Shown one piece after another: positions 54,417 through 62,674 of a stretch of DNA of 64,000 nt. The stretch is from a virus. Its lineage: Duplodnaviria; Caudoviricetes. The position numbers were made by a program, and so were the translations under genes. A model generated the notes under the pieces. That model saw only the letters and a list, made by a program, of their open reading frames with translations. It ran no database searches and was not told the origin of the DNA. Numbering within the stretch: the first letter of the stretch is position 1; each line of letters begins with the position of its first letter. The stretch lies in IMG/VR virus record IMGVR_UViG_3300049988_000375, positions 17,354 through 81,353 of that record. One strand, 5' to 3'.

Positions 54417-55443
54417 GATGGATTAGTTGGGGGAGGATGTTGGTGAGGTTGCTGGCGATTTGGATAAGTTTCTGCTGGCGTTGCAGGAAGGCTTCGAGGC
54501 GGTTCCAGTTTTGCAGCAGGGCCGTGAACAGGGCCACGGTGGTTTCGTCGGTGCCGGCGCCGGGCTGGGCGAACAGCGTTTGGTAGATGGCGCGGGCCGC
54601 CTTGTTGTCGGCGGCCCCGCCCGCTGGTGGCTCGGCCTGGTTGTGCTGGCGATACCAAGTGCGGTAGACTTCCAGCATCAGCGCCCCTTTGCCAGCCAGC
54701 GGGTCGGCCTCGGTTCTGGCGGCCCGTCTTTTCGGCGCGGGCGGCGCGGCGGGCAGCAACGATGTTTGGGCTCGTAGGCTTTCAAGTTGTTGTTCCTGCG
54801 CTTTGAAAACCTCTACCGACTTCTCAATTCTTTTTTTGAGCCGCAAATTCTCAGCTTCCAGCTCGGCTATTTTTTTTTGAGAAGCGGCGTCAGCCGCCAA
54901 GGCTTTTTGTTCGAGTTCGGCAATTTTACTAAGTAGGGTTTCTTCCTTCTTTACTTCTATTAACTTATGCTTACCACTTCGGTAAGGTATCCTTACCACT
55001 TCGGTAAGGCTATCCTTACCACTTTCAGGCACAACCTTACCACTTTTAGCGCCTAACCTTACCACTTCGGTAAGGTCTGCAACCTTACCACTTCGGTAAG
55101 AACTCCGCAACTCAGGGGTCGGCGTGAGGGTGCGTCGCTGCCCGGCCACGCGGGGGGTGAGCAGCAAATAGCCGCGCTCTACCAGGGCGCTGATATGGCG
55201 GCTCACCATCGGCTCGGTCATGCCCAAGCGCTTCGCCAGGTGCCCGTTGTTGGCATCGAAGCACCCGCGCCCGCCGCACTCATAGAGTTGGCAAATGTCA
55301 GCCAGCACGCTTCGCATGGCGGGGTGCATCCCCTTAGCAGCCATAATCAGGTGCCCTACGCTTGTGGGCGCTTTATCAGCCACCATGTAGGATGCGGCGG
55401 GGTCTTCGGTCACAGAGGGCAGGAAGTGGTGAACGGCGGTCAT
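54298..55443 (-). CDS. Phage replication initiator (N-terminal winged HTH)
   Basis: ANNGHLAKRLGMTEPMVSRHISALVERGYL HTH; internal iteron array. Confidence 0.8.
   Translation of the reverse strand: MTAVHHFLPSVTEDPAASYMVADKAPTSVGHLIMAAKGMHPAMRSVLADICQLYECGGRGCFDANNGHLAKRLGMTEPMVSRHISALVERGYLLLTPRVAGQRRTLTPTPELRSSYRSGKVADLTEVVRLGAKSGKVVPESGKDSLTEVVRIPYRSGKHKLIEVKKEETLLSKIAELEQKALAADAASQKKIAELEAENLRLKKRIEKSVEVFKAQEQQLESLRAQTSLLPAAPPAPKRRAARTEADPLAGKGALMLEVYRTWYRQHNQAEPPAGGAADNKAARAIYQTLFAQPGAGTDETTVALFTALLQNWNRLEAFLQRQQKLIQIASNLTNILPQLIHHGTSQQLTPSPANRATALGLIPADQVANAFAACRALGLD
54970..55100. repeat. Replication origin iterons inside the initiator gene
   Basis: CTTACCACTTCGGTAAG at 54970, 54992, 55058 and 55084; degenerate copies at 55015 and 55036; 21-26 bp period; AT-rich flank near 54920-54969. 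Confidence 0.9.
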
Positions 55444-55485
55444 GGGGAAGGCGAAAAGCGCCCGGTGGTGAGCCGGGCGCGGTGA

Positions 55486-56661
55486 TTAGGCAGCAACAAC
55501 CTCGTGCAGCGGCACGAGCAGGCAGGTAAGGGGTGCGTAGTCGAGCCCGTTTAGCTCGTCGGTGATAACGACTGCGCGGCTGGCAGTTCCCAGCCCTACC
55601 TCAATCTTGCCCGAGTAAAGGGCCAGCAGGTTGGCTAGCTGTTCGCCGTTGAAGCTAATCTGCATGTCCTCGCCCTGGTATTCGCCCGCCACTTCCTCGT
55701 TGCCCGCCTGCGATAGCTCGTAGTTGGCCGTAACGAGGCGCACGGGAGCGTCCTGCGCGAGCGATATGGAAAGCTGGCGGTCTATGCCCGGCGCGTACTT
55801 GTTGAGGCGCCGTACGGCCTCGGCCAGCTCGCCGGCATCCACCCACAGCGTATTCGGGCTGGTAGGTGGGAATACGCGCTGGTAGGCAGGATACGTGCCT
55901 TCTGCCAGGCGCGAGGCCCACCGTCCATCGGCCAGGCGCACGTTCACCCCATCGGTGAGCAGGGTAACGGGTGCCTCGTCCTTGTCACTGAGCAGGCGCG
56001 CCAACTGTTCGGCCGGCGAGCGGCTGAGCATGAACGAGAGGCCCGACAAGCCAGTGGCTTCTTCCAGCCTGTAGCTGAACATCGACACGTTGGGGTTGTC
56101 AGCCCCCACGATGTTCACCGTGTAGCCCTCGATGGCGTTCTCGTCAGCGTCTATCTGCACGTTCTCGAACTCTGCGCCCAAGTTGTCACGGCGGGCAGTC
56201 ACCAGGGCCGAGAGCAGCCCGGCGCGCAGCACCTTGGCCGGCAGGGTGAGGGCGCGGTGCTTGGGGTTGAGGCCCAGCACCTTCGGAAAGTCGCTCGGCT
56301 TCATGCCGCTGAGCATGTAGCGGCTGCGGTCGGCGCGCACCTCGACGGTGTGGGTTTCCTCGTTGAGCAGAAACGTTACTGGCTGGTCAGGCAGCCCGCG
56401 TAGCGTCTCCAAAAGTCTTTTGGCGGGCACGAGGGCCGCAAAGTTGCTTTCGCACTCCACATCGGCTTTAACAGCCAGCGTGGTTTCGAGGTTGGAGCAG
56501 ATGATACGAACGCTCGCTGCTTGGCCTACTACGGAGCCGGTGCCCACCAGTAGGGCGCATTCCACGGCAGGCACGAGCGGCCGGGTGGCAATGATGGGCG
56601 TTACTTGCGCGAGGGCCTTGGCGAAGGCGCTGCTCGACGCGATGAATTTGACTTGGGGCAT
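55486..56661 (-). CDS. dnaN: DNA polymerase III beta sliding clamp
   Basis: 391 aa; SNLETT, ALLVPAKRL, DFP, LAEGTYPAY.RV and ISFNG..L motifs. Confidence 0.9.
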   Translation of the reverse strand: MPQVKFIASSSAFAKALAQVTPIIATRPLVPAVECALLVGTGSVVGQAASVRIICSNLETTLAVKADVECESNFAALVPAKRLLETLRGLPDQPVTFLLNEETHTVEVRADRSRYMLSGMKPSDFPKVLGLNPKHRALTLPAKVLRAGLLSALVTARRDNLGAEFENVQIDADENAIEGYTVNIVGADNPNVSMFSYRLEEATGLSGLSFMLSRSPAEQLARLLSDKDEAPVTLLTDGVNVRLADGRWASRLAEGTYPAYQRVFPPTSPNTLWVDAGELAEAVRRLNKYAPGIDRQLSISLAQDAPVRLVTANYELSQAGNEEVAGEYQGEDMQISFNGEQLANLLALYSGKIEVGLGTASRAVVITDELNGLDYAPLTCLLVPLHEVVAA

Positions 56662-56686
56662 GGGATTGGTTGGATGAGAGGGTAGA

Positions 56687-56760
56687 CAAACTTACTGCAA
56701 TTTCCTGAGCATAAAAAGGAAATCGCAGCAAAAGGCAAACTAAATTTCAGACAATCGCAG
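56687..56760 (-). promoter_or_regulatory. Three-site promoter cassette, copy 7 (drives dnaN-rep-helicase)
   Basis: Minus strand: CTGCGATT, +32 CTGCGATT, +58 AATTGCAG, then TAAGTTTG. Confidence 0.85.
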
Positions 56761-57345
56761 CAACTCAGCGTTGCGGTGGTATTGCTCGGGTTTCAGGCCC
56801 ACGGCGAATAGGTTTTGGCGCAGGTAGTCAGTCACCCGCAGCGCGACGTTGAAATAGGTTTCTTCAAAGCCATAATCACCATCGTACATGGTGAGAATAG
56901 AGGTATGTGGGGAGCCCACTTCGATAAATGGCACACGACCAACTCGGTGCAAGGTCGCCGTTACTTCCTCCCAATTGAATTTGTGGGCATAAGGCAGCAG
57001 CTTTGCTATTTCTACCGCTGGCACCGTCCCGTTGGGCAGCGGCTCAGGCAAGTCCTCGAAGCCCCGCAGAACGGGCAGCAGGCTGGTGATGGGCTCGGCA
57101 AAGTCGAACAGGACTTCCTCCCTGCGCTCGGCTTCGGTCTGGAACAGCAGCACGTCGGCGCGGGGCGCATCGCCTGGCTGAACGTGCGGCAGGCCCAGCA
57201 GGCGGCCGTAGCGGTTGCGGCCGGGGCAGTACACCAGCGGGCGGTAGGCCAAGTAGGGGCCGAATAGGGCTAGCATGTCGCGCACTTCTTTCGGCTGGTA
57301 GCCGGGGTGCGGAATGTGCAGCCTGGTAAGTGTGGCGCTACTCAT
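56740..57345 (-). CDS. Phage hypothetical protein
   Basis: 201 aa; last codons are supplied by the cassette. Confidence 0.6.
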   Translation of the reverse strand: MSSATLTRLHIPHPGYQPKEVRDMLALFGPYLAYRPLVYCPGRNRYGRLLGLPHVQPGDAPRADVLLFQTEAERREEVLFDFAEPITSLLPVLRGFEDLPEPLPNGTVPAVEIAKLLPYAHKFNWEEVTATLHRVGRVPFIEVGSPHTSILTMYDGDYGFEETYFNVALRVTDYLRQNLFAVGLKPEQYHRNAELLRLSEI

Positions 57346-58150
57346 CGCTGCCTCCTTTCTTGGTAGTGGGGGAGGCGGGCACCGTGATTCGCGCAGCCGG
57401 GGGAATTTCTTCGGGGTGGCGCGGGTCGGGATATGCCCAAGCGGTCAGTGTCCTTACCTCCGGGGCAAGCGCCACATCGTGGCAGTCCCACCCATCTTTG
57501 TAATTGAGGTTGCGCCGGCCATTTGTAACCCAGCTAAACCCCGGCGTCTGAACGGTCAGTAGCAAGTCGCGGCTCATAAAATTGCCGTTAGGCCCCCAAT
57601 TGCCTCGGTCCAGGGGCGGCAGCTCGCCACTTGACAGGTACACCCATTCTGGCTCGAATGGTTTATACTTATCATACAAGCCCTTGAGGCGTTCTACCTC
57701 GGCTTCTAGCTCCGCAATCTTGCCCGCCCCGCCTTCTTCTACTAGTAAGGGGGCCGGGGCAGCAGGGGCAGATAGCGCTAGCCCAATCAGGTCAGCCAGG
57801 GCGCTTGAGGCAGCATCAAAGTCTTTGCTGTCGGCCTTTGCGCAAGCCCTGGCAATAGGCCATTTCAGCAGCTCTACCAATTCTTTGCGGCCCAGCGGCA
57901 CCCCATCGGCGGCCGGTGTCGCTCCTACTGTAGATGGGAGGGAGGGGGTGGCAGGGCGTTGGTCGAGTATTTCGGCTTTGTAGTCCAGCCAAAGCTTGTG
58001 CTGGGTGCGGCCAGCTAACACTTGATTATTAAGCCAGGACTGATAAGATTTAGCCTCCTGAGCAGCATACTCATTAAGGGCCTCATCGACAGCGGGCCAC
58101 ACGGCAGCTAGCCCATACTTATTGGCGATTTCTTCAGTTGTCAAGTCCAT
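57338..58150 (-). CDS. Hypothetical protein
   Basis: 270 aa. Confidence 0.6.
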   Translation of the reverse strand: MDLTTEEIANKYGLAAVWPAVDEALNEYAAQEAKSYQSWLNNQVLAGRTQHKLWLDYKAEILDQRPATPSLPSTVGATPAADGVPLGRKELVELLKWPIARACAKADSKDFDAASSALADLIGLALSAPAAPAPLLVEEGGAGKIAELEAEVERLKGLYDKYKPFEPEWVYLSSGELPPLDRGNWGPNGNFMSRDLLLTVQTPGFSWVTNGRRNLNYKDGWDCHDVALAPEVRTLTAWAYPDPRHPEEIPPAARITVPASPTTKKGGSDE

Positions 58151-58230
58151 AGTCGATTTTTGGTTGAGTTAAAAATTTGGGTGTCGGCTCTCCCCTCTGT
58201 GTTCCTAGGTAGAGGGGAGAAGCCAGAATT

Positions 58231-58476
58231 TTACCACGGCCGTACGGGCCAGTTGTTGGGTGGGGTGGCGTGAGTAGCGGGTAGTGGTGCTTTGGCCGTT
58301 GCCTTGGCGTCGGGGCGGTTCGCCAGCCCCTTGCGAATGGCTCTAATCTCGGCAGTTCTGCCAGCGCTCGGCTTGCGGTCGCGCAGGTCGGCATCTTCGA
58401 GCATAGCCAGGCGGTTTTCGAGGATGGCGGTGGACCACGCACCACACTTGATTTCTGGACGATATTCGGGCTTCAT
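58231..58476 (-). CDS. Hypothetical protein
   Basis: 81 aa. Confidence 0.5.
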   Translation of the reverse strand: MKPEYRPEIKCGAWSTAILENRLAMLEDADLRDRKPSAGRTAEIRAIRKGLANRPDAKATAKAPLPATHATPPNNWPVRPW

Positions 58477-58478
58477 GG

Positions 58479-59096
58479 CTAAGCGTTGCTTTTGAGCTTT
58501 TTACCGGCTGTGGCTACGGCCACCTTGAAATCTGCGTTTTTTTGCAAGCCCTTGTTGGCGCCCCAAATAGCCGTTACCTCGTCTACCGTGGCGGCAGCGT
58601 TTACGAGTTGTATCTGCGCTGCCACAGCCTTATCGGTCGCCTCCTGCTGCTGACGCTCTAAATCTTCGTTATGCACTGAGTCGGGGTCGTTGCCCGTTGG
58701 GATGAGGAACGTTCTCATCAGCACGTACTTCATGGCGTAGGTCATTGCCTTGCCCACGCCCTTGTCCTGCGGGTCTACCCCGGTGCCGCTGCTGGCAAGG
58801 TACTCGAACTCAGTAGGATTGTCGATGTTGACGATTTTGTACTGCACATCGACCGTGGAGAGGCTGATAACCTTGTCGCCTCGTTGGTAATCCACCATGC
58901 TGTGCTGCTGGCTGACAGGAAATATTACGAGCCCGTGCGTAATGAGCGCGTTACGCAACACGGTGGCTACCTTTTCTTCGCTCATGGCTTGGTAGGCGTA
59001 ATTGCCGCTGCCCACCTGCTTGTCTTTTTTGAGGCGCTGCACATCCTCCATTACGGCGCTCATGCGCTGGTGCAGGTTTTTCGTTTGGTCGCTCAT
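58479..59096 (-). CDS. erf: ERF-family single-strand annealing protein
   Basis: KD..V..G.Y.Y..MSEE..., G.G.D..DKGVGKAMTYAMKY.L...F.IPTG.DPD motif. Confidence 0.9.
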   Translation of the reverse strand: MSDQTKNLHQRMSAVMEDVQRLKKDKQVGSGNYAYQAMSEEKVATVLRNALITHGLVIFPVSQQHSMVDYQRGDKVISLSTVDVQYKIVNIDNPTEFEYLASSGTGVDPQDKGVGKAMTYAMKYVLMRTFLIPTGNDPDSVHNEDLERQQQEATDKAVAAQIQLVNAAATVDEVTAIWGANKGLQKNADFKVAVATAGKKLKSNA

Positions 59097-59099
59097 GGT

Positions 59100-59240
59100 T
59101 TACTTCTGAGAGGCTTGAAAGGTGATAGCGGGGGATTGGGTCGGCTTCGGGCCGAACGTGCCATAGGCGGCAAAAACAAGGGCGCCAAGGGCCACGAGGG
59201 CGACGTACTGACGGCGGGCTTTACGCAGTTGCTTTTTCAT
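59100..59240 (-). CDS. Small single-TM protein (46 aa)
   Basis: MKKQLRKARRQYVALVALGALVFAAYGTFG... Confidence 0.5.
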   Translation of the reverse strand: MKKQLRKARRQYVALVALGALVFAAYGTFGPKPTQSPAITFQASQK

Positions 59241-59694
59241 CTTGTGATTGGGTTGAATTGTCAGTGTTGCGAGTCTTGGCTTGCTTTGGCTCATCGAAGG
59301 CGATGTAGTACAGGTCATAGCCCCCGCCATCCTGCATCATAATGACCTGCGTAACCTTCACTGGCTTCCCCAGATAGGCCCGTAGCATCGCGTTGTACTG
59401 CGCCGCATCCCCGCGCCGCCAACCGTTTTTGAGGTGCTTCACAGCAGCCTCAGCCTTTGCTTCATCCCACTGCCACATGCGGTCGGAGTACATGCCCGCG
59501 CTGCCCTGTCGGCGGCTGTCATAGAGATAGGTGTTCTCGCGCTTGGTGCAGCCCCGCGCCCGCGTTTCTTCCGACCAATTATCCACCACGAATTCGGGGA
59601 ACGAGTCGTAGATGGGTAGGCCGGTGCGGCTAGGGATTGCGTAGAAGTCCATCCCGCTTCCATCGCGGCCGTACTTGAAGTGCTCCTTTTTCAT
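59221..59694 (-). CDS. Hypothetical protein
   Basis: 157 aa. Confidence 0.6.
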   Translation of the reverse strand: MKKEHFKYGRDGSGMDFYAIPSRTGLPIYDSFPEFVVDNWSEETRARGCTKRENTYLYDSRRQGSAGMYSDRMWQWDEAKAEAAVKHLKNGWRRGDAAQYNAMLRAYLGKPVKVTQVIMMQDGGGYDLYYIAFDEPKQAKTRNTDNSTQSQDEKATA

Positions 59695-59803
59695 TTCACT
59701 TTGGGTTGGAGGTGGTTGAGTAGGGCTGGCAGCAGCTCGCTAATCCGGCAGGGGCGAAAGGTTCGCGGGTTGGCGGGGTCGTTCTTGGGGTAACCTTTCA
59801 TCG

Positions 59804-59953
59804 CTATTTCTTTTTGCTCAGGTCAGCGAACATGGAGAAGAAGTCAATCACGCTGCTGGCCTTAGCCGTGCAGGTCGGGCAGACAATGGCGATGGGGTTT
59901 GCGCTGGGGAAGGGCTTGCCGCATTTGTGGCAAAAGCAGGAATAGGCTTTCAT
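59804..59953 (-). CDS. Small Zn-finger protein (49 aa)
   Basis: CHKC...CPTC. Confidence 0.5.
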   Translation of the reverse strand: MKAYSCFCHKCGKPFPSANPIAIVCPTCTAKASSVIDFFSMFADLSKKK

Positions 59954-60056
59954 TTGCAAATGGTTAGTAACAGGTGGAGCGTGTGGCAGGTGGTATAGCA
60001 GGCCGAGAAGCCAGCAGCGGCTAGCAGGCTGTAAAAGCGCAGGTTCAGCAGCATGG

Positions 60057-60581
60057 CTAGGCGGCGGCAGGTGCGCGCCATCGCACCCAATACGCCTCAC
60101 CCAGCACTTTGTACTCGGGCAGCGGCTGGTCACGGGAGCGAATTAAGGCGCCGCTGTCTTTGATGAGCGTGGTAGCAGCCCCTTTGGTCAGCCGGCCTAG
60201 GTTGAGCAGGATTCTGATGCGCTCAGGGCGGGTGAGGAAAGCGCTCTGCGCCATCCCGCGCAGCACCTCGCGCTGGTCGCTCGTGGCCCACTCTACCGGC
60301 CCGCAGGCATAGGGCACGCCCAATTGCTTTGCTAGGTCAGCCAATGCTTCCGATATGGTGCGGCAGGTGCTGGCTGTGCTGAACAGCGGCACGCCATTGG
60401 GCCGGCCGGAGTGGGCAAAGGCAGTATCGCTCACGGTGGCACGGTAGCAGGTAAAGGCGGCGACGCTGGGCGTCGCTGGGTAGTGTGTGGCGCTAACGGT
60501 AGCGGCGGCCGTGGGCAGGGAGCCGAGCGCGCAGAGTCTCGCGGCCTCGGCGGCGAACTCGTCTAGTGGTGTCTGATTCAT
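60057..60581 (-). CDS. Hypothetical protein
   Basis: 174 aa. Confidence 0.55.
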   Translation of the reverse strand: MNQTPLDEFAAEAARLCALGSLPTAAATVSATHYPATPSVAAFTCYRATVSDTAFAHSGRPNGVPLFSTASTCRTISEALADLAKQLGVPYACGPVEWATSDQREVLRGMAQSAFLTRPERIRILLNLGRLTKGAATTLIKDSGALIRSRDQPLPEYKVLGEAYWVRWRAPAAA

Positions 60582-60587
60582 AGCTGG

Positions 60588-60788
60588 CTAGCGGCTTAAG
60601 AAGGTGAGGGATTTTTTGAGGCCGCGCAGGGCGGCGGCGGGGGTTTTGCGGGACTCCACACGCAGCCAGAGGGCGTTCGGGCAGGGCTGATAGCTAATGC
60701 TGTAGCCGTGGCTGTCGTGGGTGGTGAGCAGCGGCAGGCCGGGAGCGAGGGTGGCCGCTCGCTGGGCGAAGGTTCTTCTTGCAGGCAT
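60588..60788 (-). CDS. Hypothetical protein
   Basis: 66 aa. Confidence 0.45.
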   Translation of the reverse strand: MPARRTFAQRAATLAPGLPLLTTHDSHGYSISYQPCPNALWLRVESRKTPAAALRGLKKSLTFLSR

Positions 60789-60815
60789 GGGTGGGGGTTG
60801 CAGAAAGGTGGGAGT

Positions 60816-61091
60816 CTATTTTGTTAGCGAGAGCACGCAGGCAGGTCCAGAGACCGTAGTGTTTGGGTCAGCCTGGGTGGTTGGCCCCCAAATCCAGCCC
60901 AACTGAGAATCGTAGTAGTGGGATAGCGTCCGCCTCGAAGCGGCCTCTGTGTGCATGGCTGGGTCAATGAAGGCAGCATTATTTAGCTCATCCGCTAGCT
61001 GTTCATCGGTAAGTGCGCGAGCCTTATCAAAGCCGGGCATTGTGACTCGTCCAATCGGTGTATTGACGTAACCCCAATCAGTATTCGGCAT
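60816..61091 (-). CDS. Hypothetical protein
   Basis: Likely ATG 61091, 91 aa. Confidence 0.45.
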   Translation of the reverse strand: MPNTDWGYVNTPIGRVTMPGFDKARALTDEQLADELNNAAFIDPAMHTEAASRRTLSHYYDSQLGWIWGPTTQADPNTTVSGPACVLSLTK

Positions 61092-61138
61092 GTGTTTAGT
61101 GCCAGTGACGCCGGCCGCGATGAGATGAGATGGTGAGA

Positions 61139-61489
61139 TTAAGCGGCGGTAGGAAGTGGGATGCGTTTGGAGCGGTAGCGGCGGGGCGGGTTGGCTTCGA
61201 GGTAGGCCACTAGCGACGAGCGCAGGTAGTAGTGGCGGTTGCCTTCCTGCTTGGACTCGATGAGCGTGTCTTGCATCACGGCCCGCTTTTGCAGAGTTTC
61301 GCGGCGCTCGATGCCCGTAATACGCAGGGCTTCTTTCGTCGTCACCCACTCATCGAGTCCTTTCTTGACCAGCTCCAGCTCGCGTCTTACGCTGGCTAGC
61401 TCGTCGCGCAGAGGGGTGGTGATTTCATCGACGCATCTTCGCAGCATTTCATCGAAGCTGGGTGGTGGGGCGGGGGCTTGTTTGCTCAT
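61139..61489 (-). CDS. Excisionase-like HTH protein
   Basis: EWVTTKEALRITGI...G.R.YYLRSSLVAYL; downstream of cro. Confidence 0.7.
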   Translation of the reverse strand: MSKQAPAPPPSFDEMLRRCVDEITTPLRDELASVRRELELVKKGLDEWVTTKEALRITGIERRETLQKRAVMQDTLIESKQEGNRHYYLRSSLVAYLEANPPRRYRSKRIPLPTAA

Positions 61490-61701
61490 TTTGGTAAAAG
61501 GGTTTGGATGGTTTTTTCTTTTTTATCCGCTTGGCCCCGCGCTTTTTTCAAAGCCAGCAGCACCTTCAAGCGGGTATCGGCGGAAACATTTGGCCGCTCA
61601 TTCAGCACGTTAGAGACGGTAACGCTCGAAACGCCGGCCAGTGCAGCTACAGATTTTTTCATTCCGCGAGGCAATTTGCCCGAATTTTTTGGGGGACTCA
61701 T
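61486..61701 (-). CDS. Cro-like HTH repressor
   Basis: KSVAALAGVSSVTVSNVLN HTH; divergent from cI. Confidence 0.8.
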   Translation of the reverse strand: MSPPKNSGKLPRGMKKSVAALAGVSSVTVSNVLNERPNVSADTRLKVLLALKKARGQADKKEKTIQTLLPK

Positions 61702-61820
61702 AAGATTTAGGGGTTAGCTTGCGCCCTTATACGGGAGTGAGAACAAAGATAAACAAGAAAAGCAAAATAAAAAGCAAAAAAGCAAAAAACTTTTGCAAAA
61801 CTTCCCGTACGCTTCTTCCC
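61702..61820. promoter_or_regulatory. Divergent immunity (lysis/lysogeny) switch region
   Basis: TATCTTTG on the minus strand at 61744-61751; AAAGCAAAA repeats; TTTTGCAAAA palindrome; TACGGGA/TCCCGTA inverted pair. Confidence 0.65.
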
Positions 61821-62672
61821 ATGAAACCAACCCACAAGCTAACTGTCGAAGGGCCAGCCATTACAGCAGCCCGCGAGGCCAAGAGCCTGACGCAGCAAAC
61901 CCTTGCTATTGCCCTTGATAAGCACCGGGCGGCGAATCCTGGAAAATACCCCAAGAGCCAAGTGGTTAAGCTCGATAATTCCAAGATTTCTAAACTAGAA
62001 AGCGGGGCTGAGCCGTTGTTGTCGTGGCCCTCTGTAAAGTTGCTTGCTGAAGTGTTAGAGATTGGCCCTCGACTACTTGTTAAGCCCGGCCAAGAAGAGA
62101 AGATACTTGCATACAGCGAAGGTAAAGTTGGATTTAAAAAAGAATCTTCACCGAGCACATCTTTACCTGTTGAAAAGCCTGGTGATGCCACATACATTGG
62201 CCGGAAAATTGACCGATTATTTGTCGATTTGCCTTTTATCTCTGTTCCCGCCCGTGCAGGCTTTTGCGAAATGTGCGGCGACATGTCCTCCTATCCTTCC
62301 ACTGAAACCCGACGAATCTACCTACGTGAAACAAACCCACCCATGCCTAACCCTAAAAACGCTGTTGTATTTGAAGTTGATGGTGATAGCATGGAACCTT
62401 ACCTCGAATCAGGGGATGAGGTCACTGCTTACTTAGTGCCCGAAAGCCGCTGGGACACAGTACAGAACTGTATCGTCGTGGTGAGTTATACCAGGGGCGG
62501 AGAGGGCTTCCTGACTATTAAGAAGGTAATTCAGAACGACCTTCACAACGGCCACCAACTCGTATTGCGTCCCTATCGCGACGAGTTGGCCCCGCTCACC
62601 ATTCGCCGCATAGAGATTCGCTGCGTGTATCTGGTAGACTCGGCTGAGCGCCGCTTTAAGGTGCGCCTCTAG
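61821..62672 (+). CDS. CI-like repressor, HTH plus S24 autopeptidase
   Basis: N-terminal HTH; VPARAG cleavage site; FEVDGDSMEP Ser and TIKKV Lys motifs; ATG 61821 preferred. Confidence 0.9.
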   Translation: MKPTHKLTVEGPAITAAREAKSLTQQTLAIALDKHRAANPGKYPKSQVVKLDNSKISKLESGAEPLLSWPSVKLLAEVLEIGPRLLVKPGQEEKILAYSEGKVGFKKESSPSTSLPVEKPGDATYIGRKIDRLFVDLPFISVPARAGFCEMCGDMSSYPSTETRRIYLRETNPPMPNPKNAVVFEVDGDSMEPYLESGDEVTAYLVPESRWDTVQNCIVVVSYTRGGEGFLTIKKVIQNDLHNGHQLVLRPYRDELAPLTIRRIEIRCVYLVDSAERRFKVRL

Positions 62673-62674
62673 CC

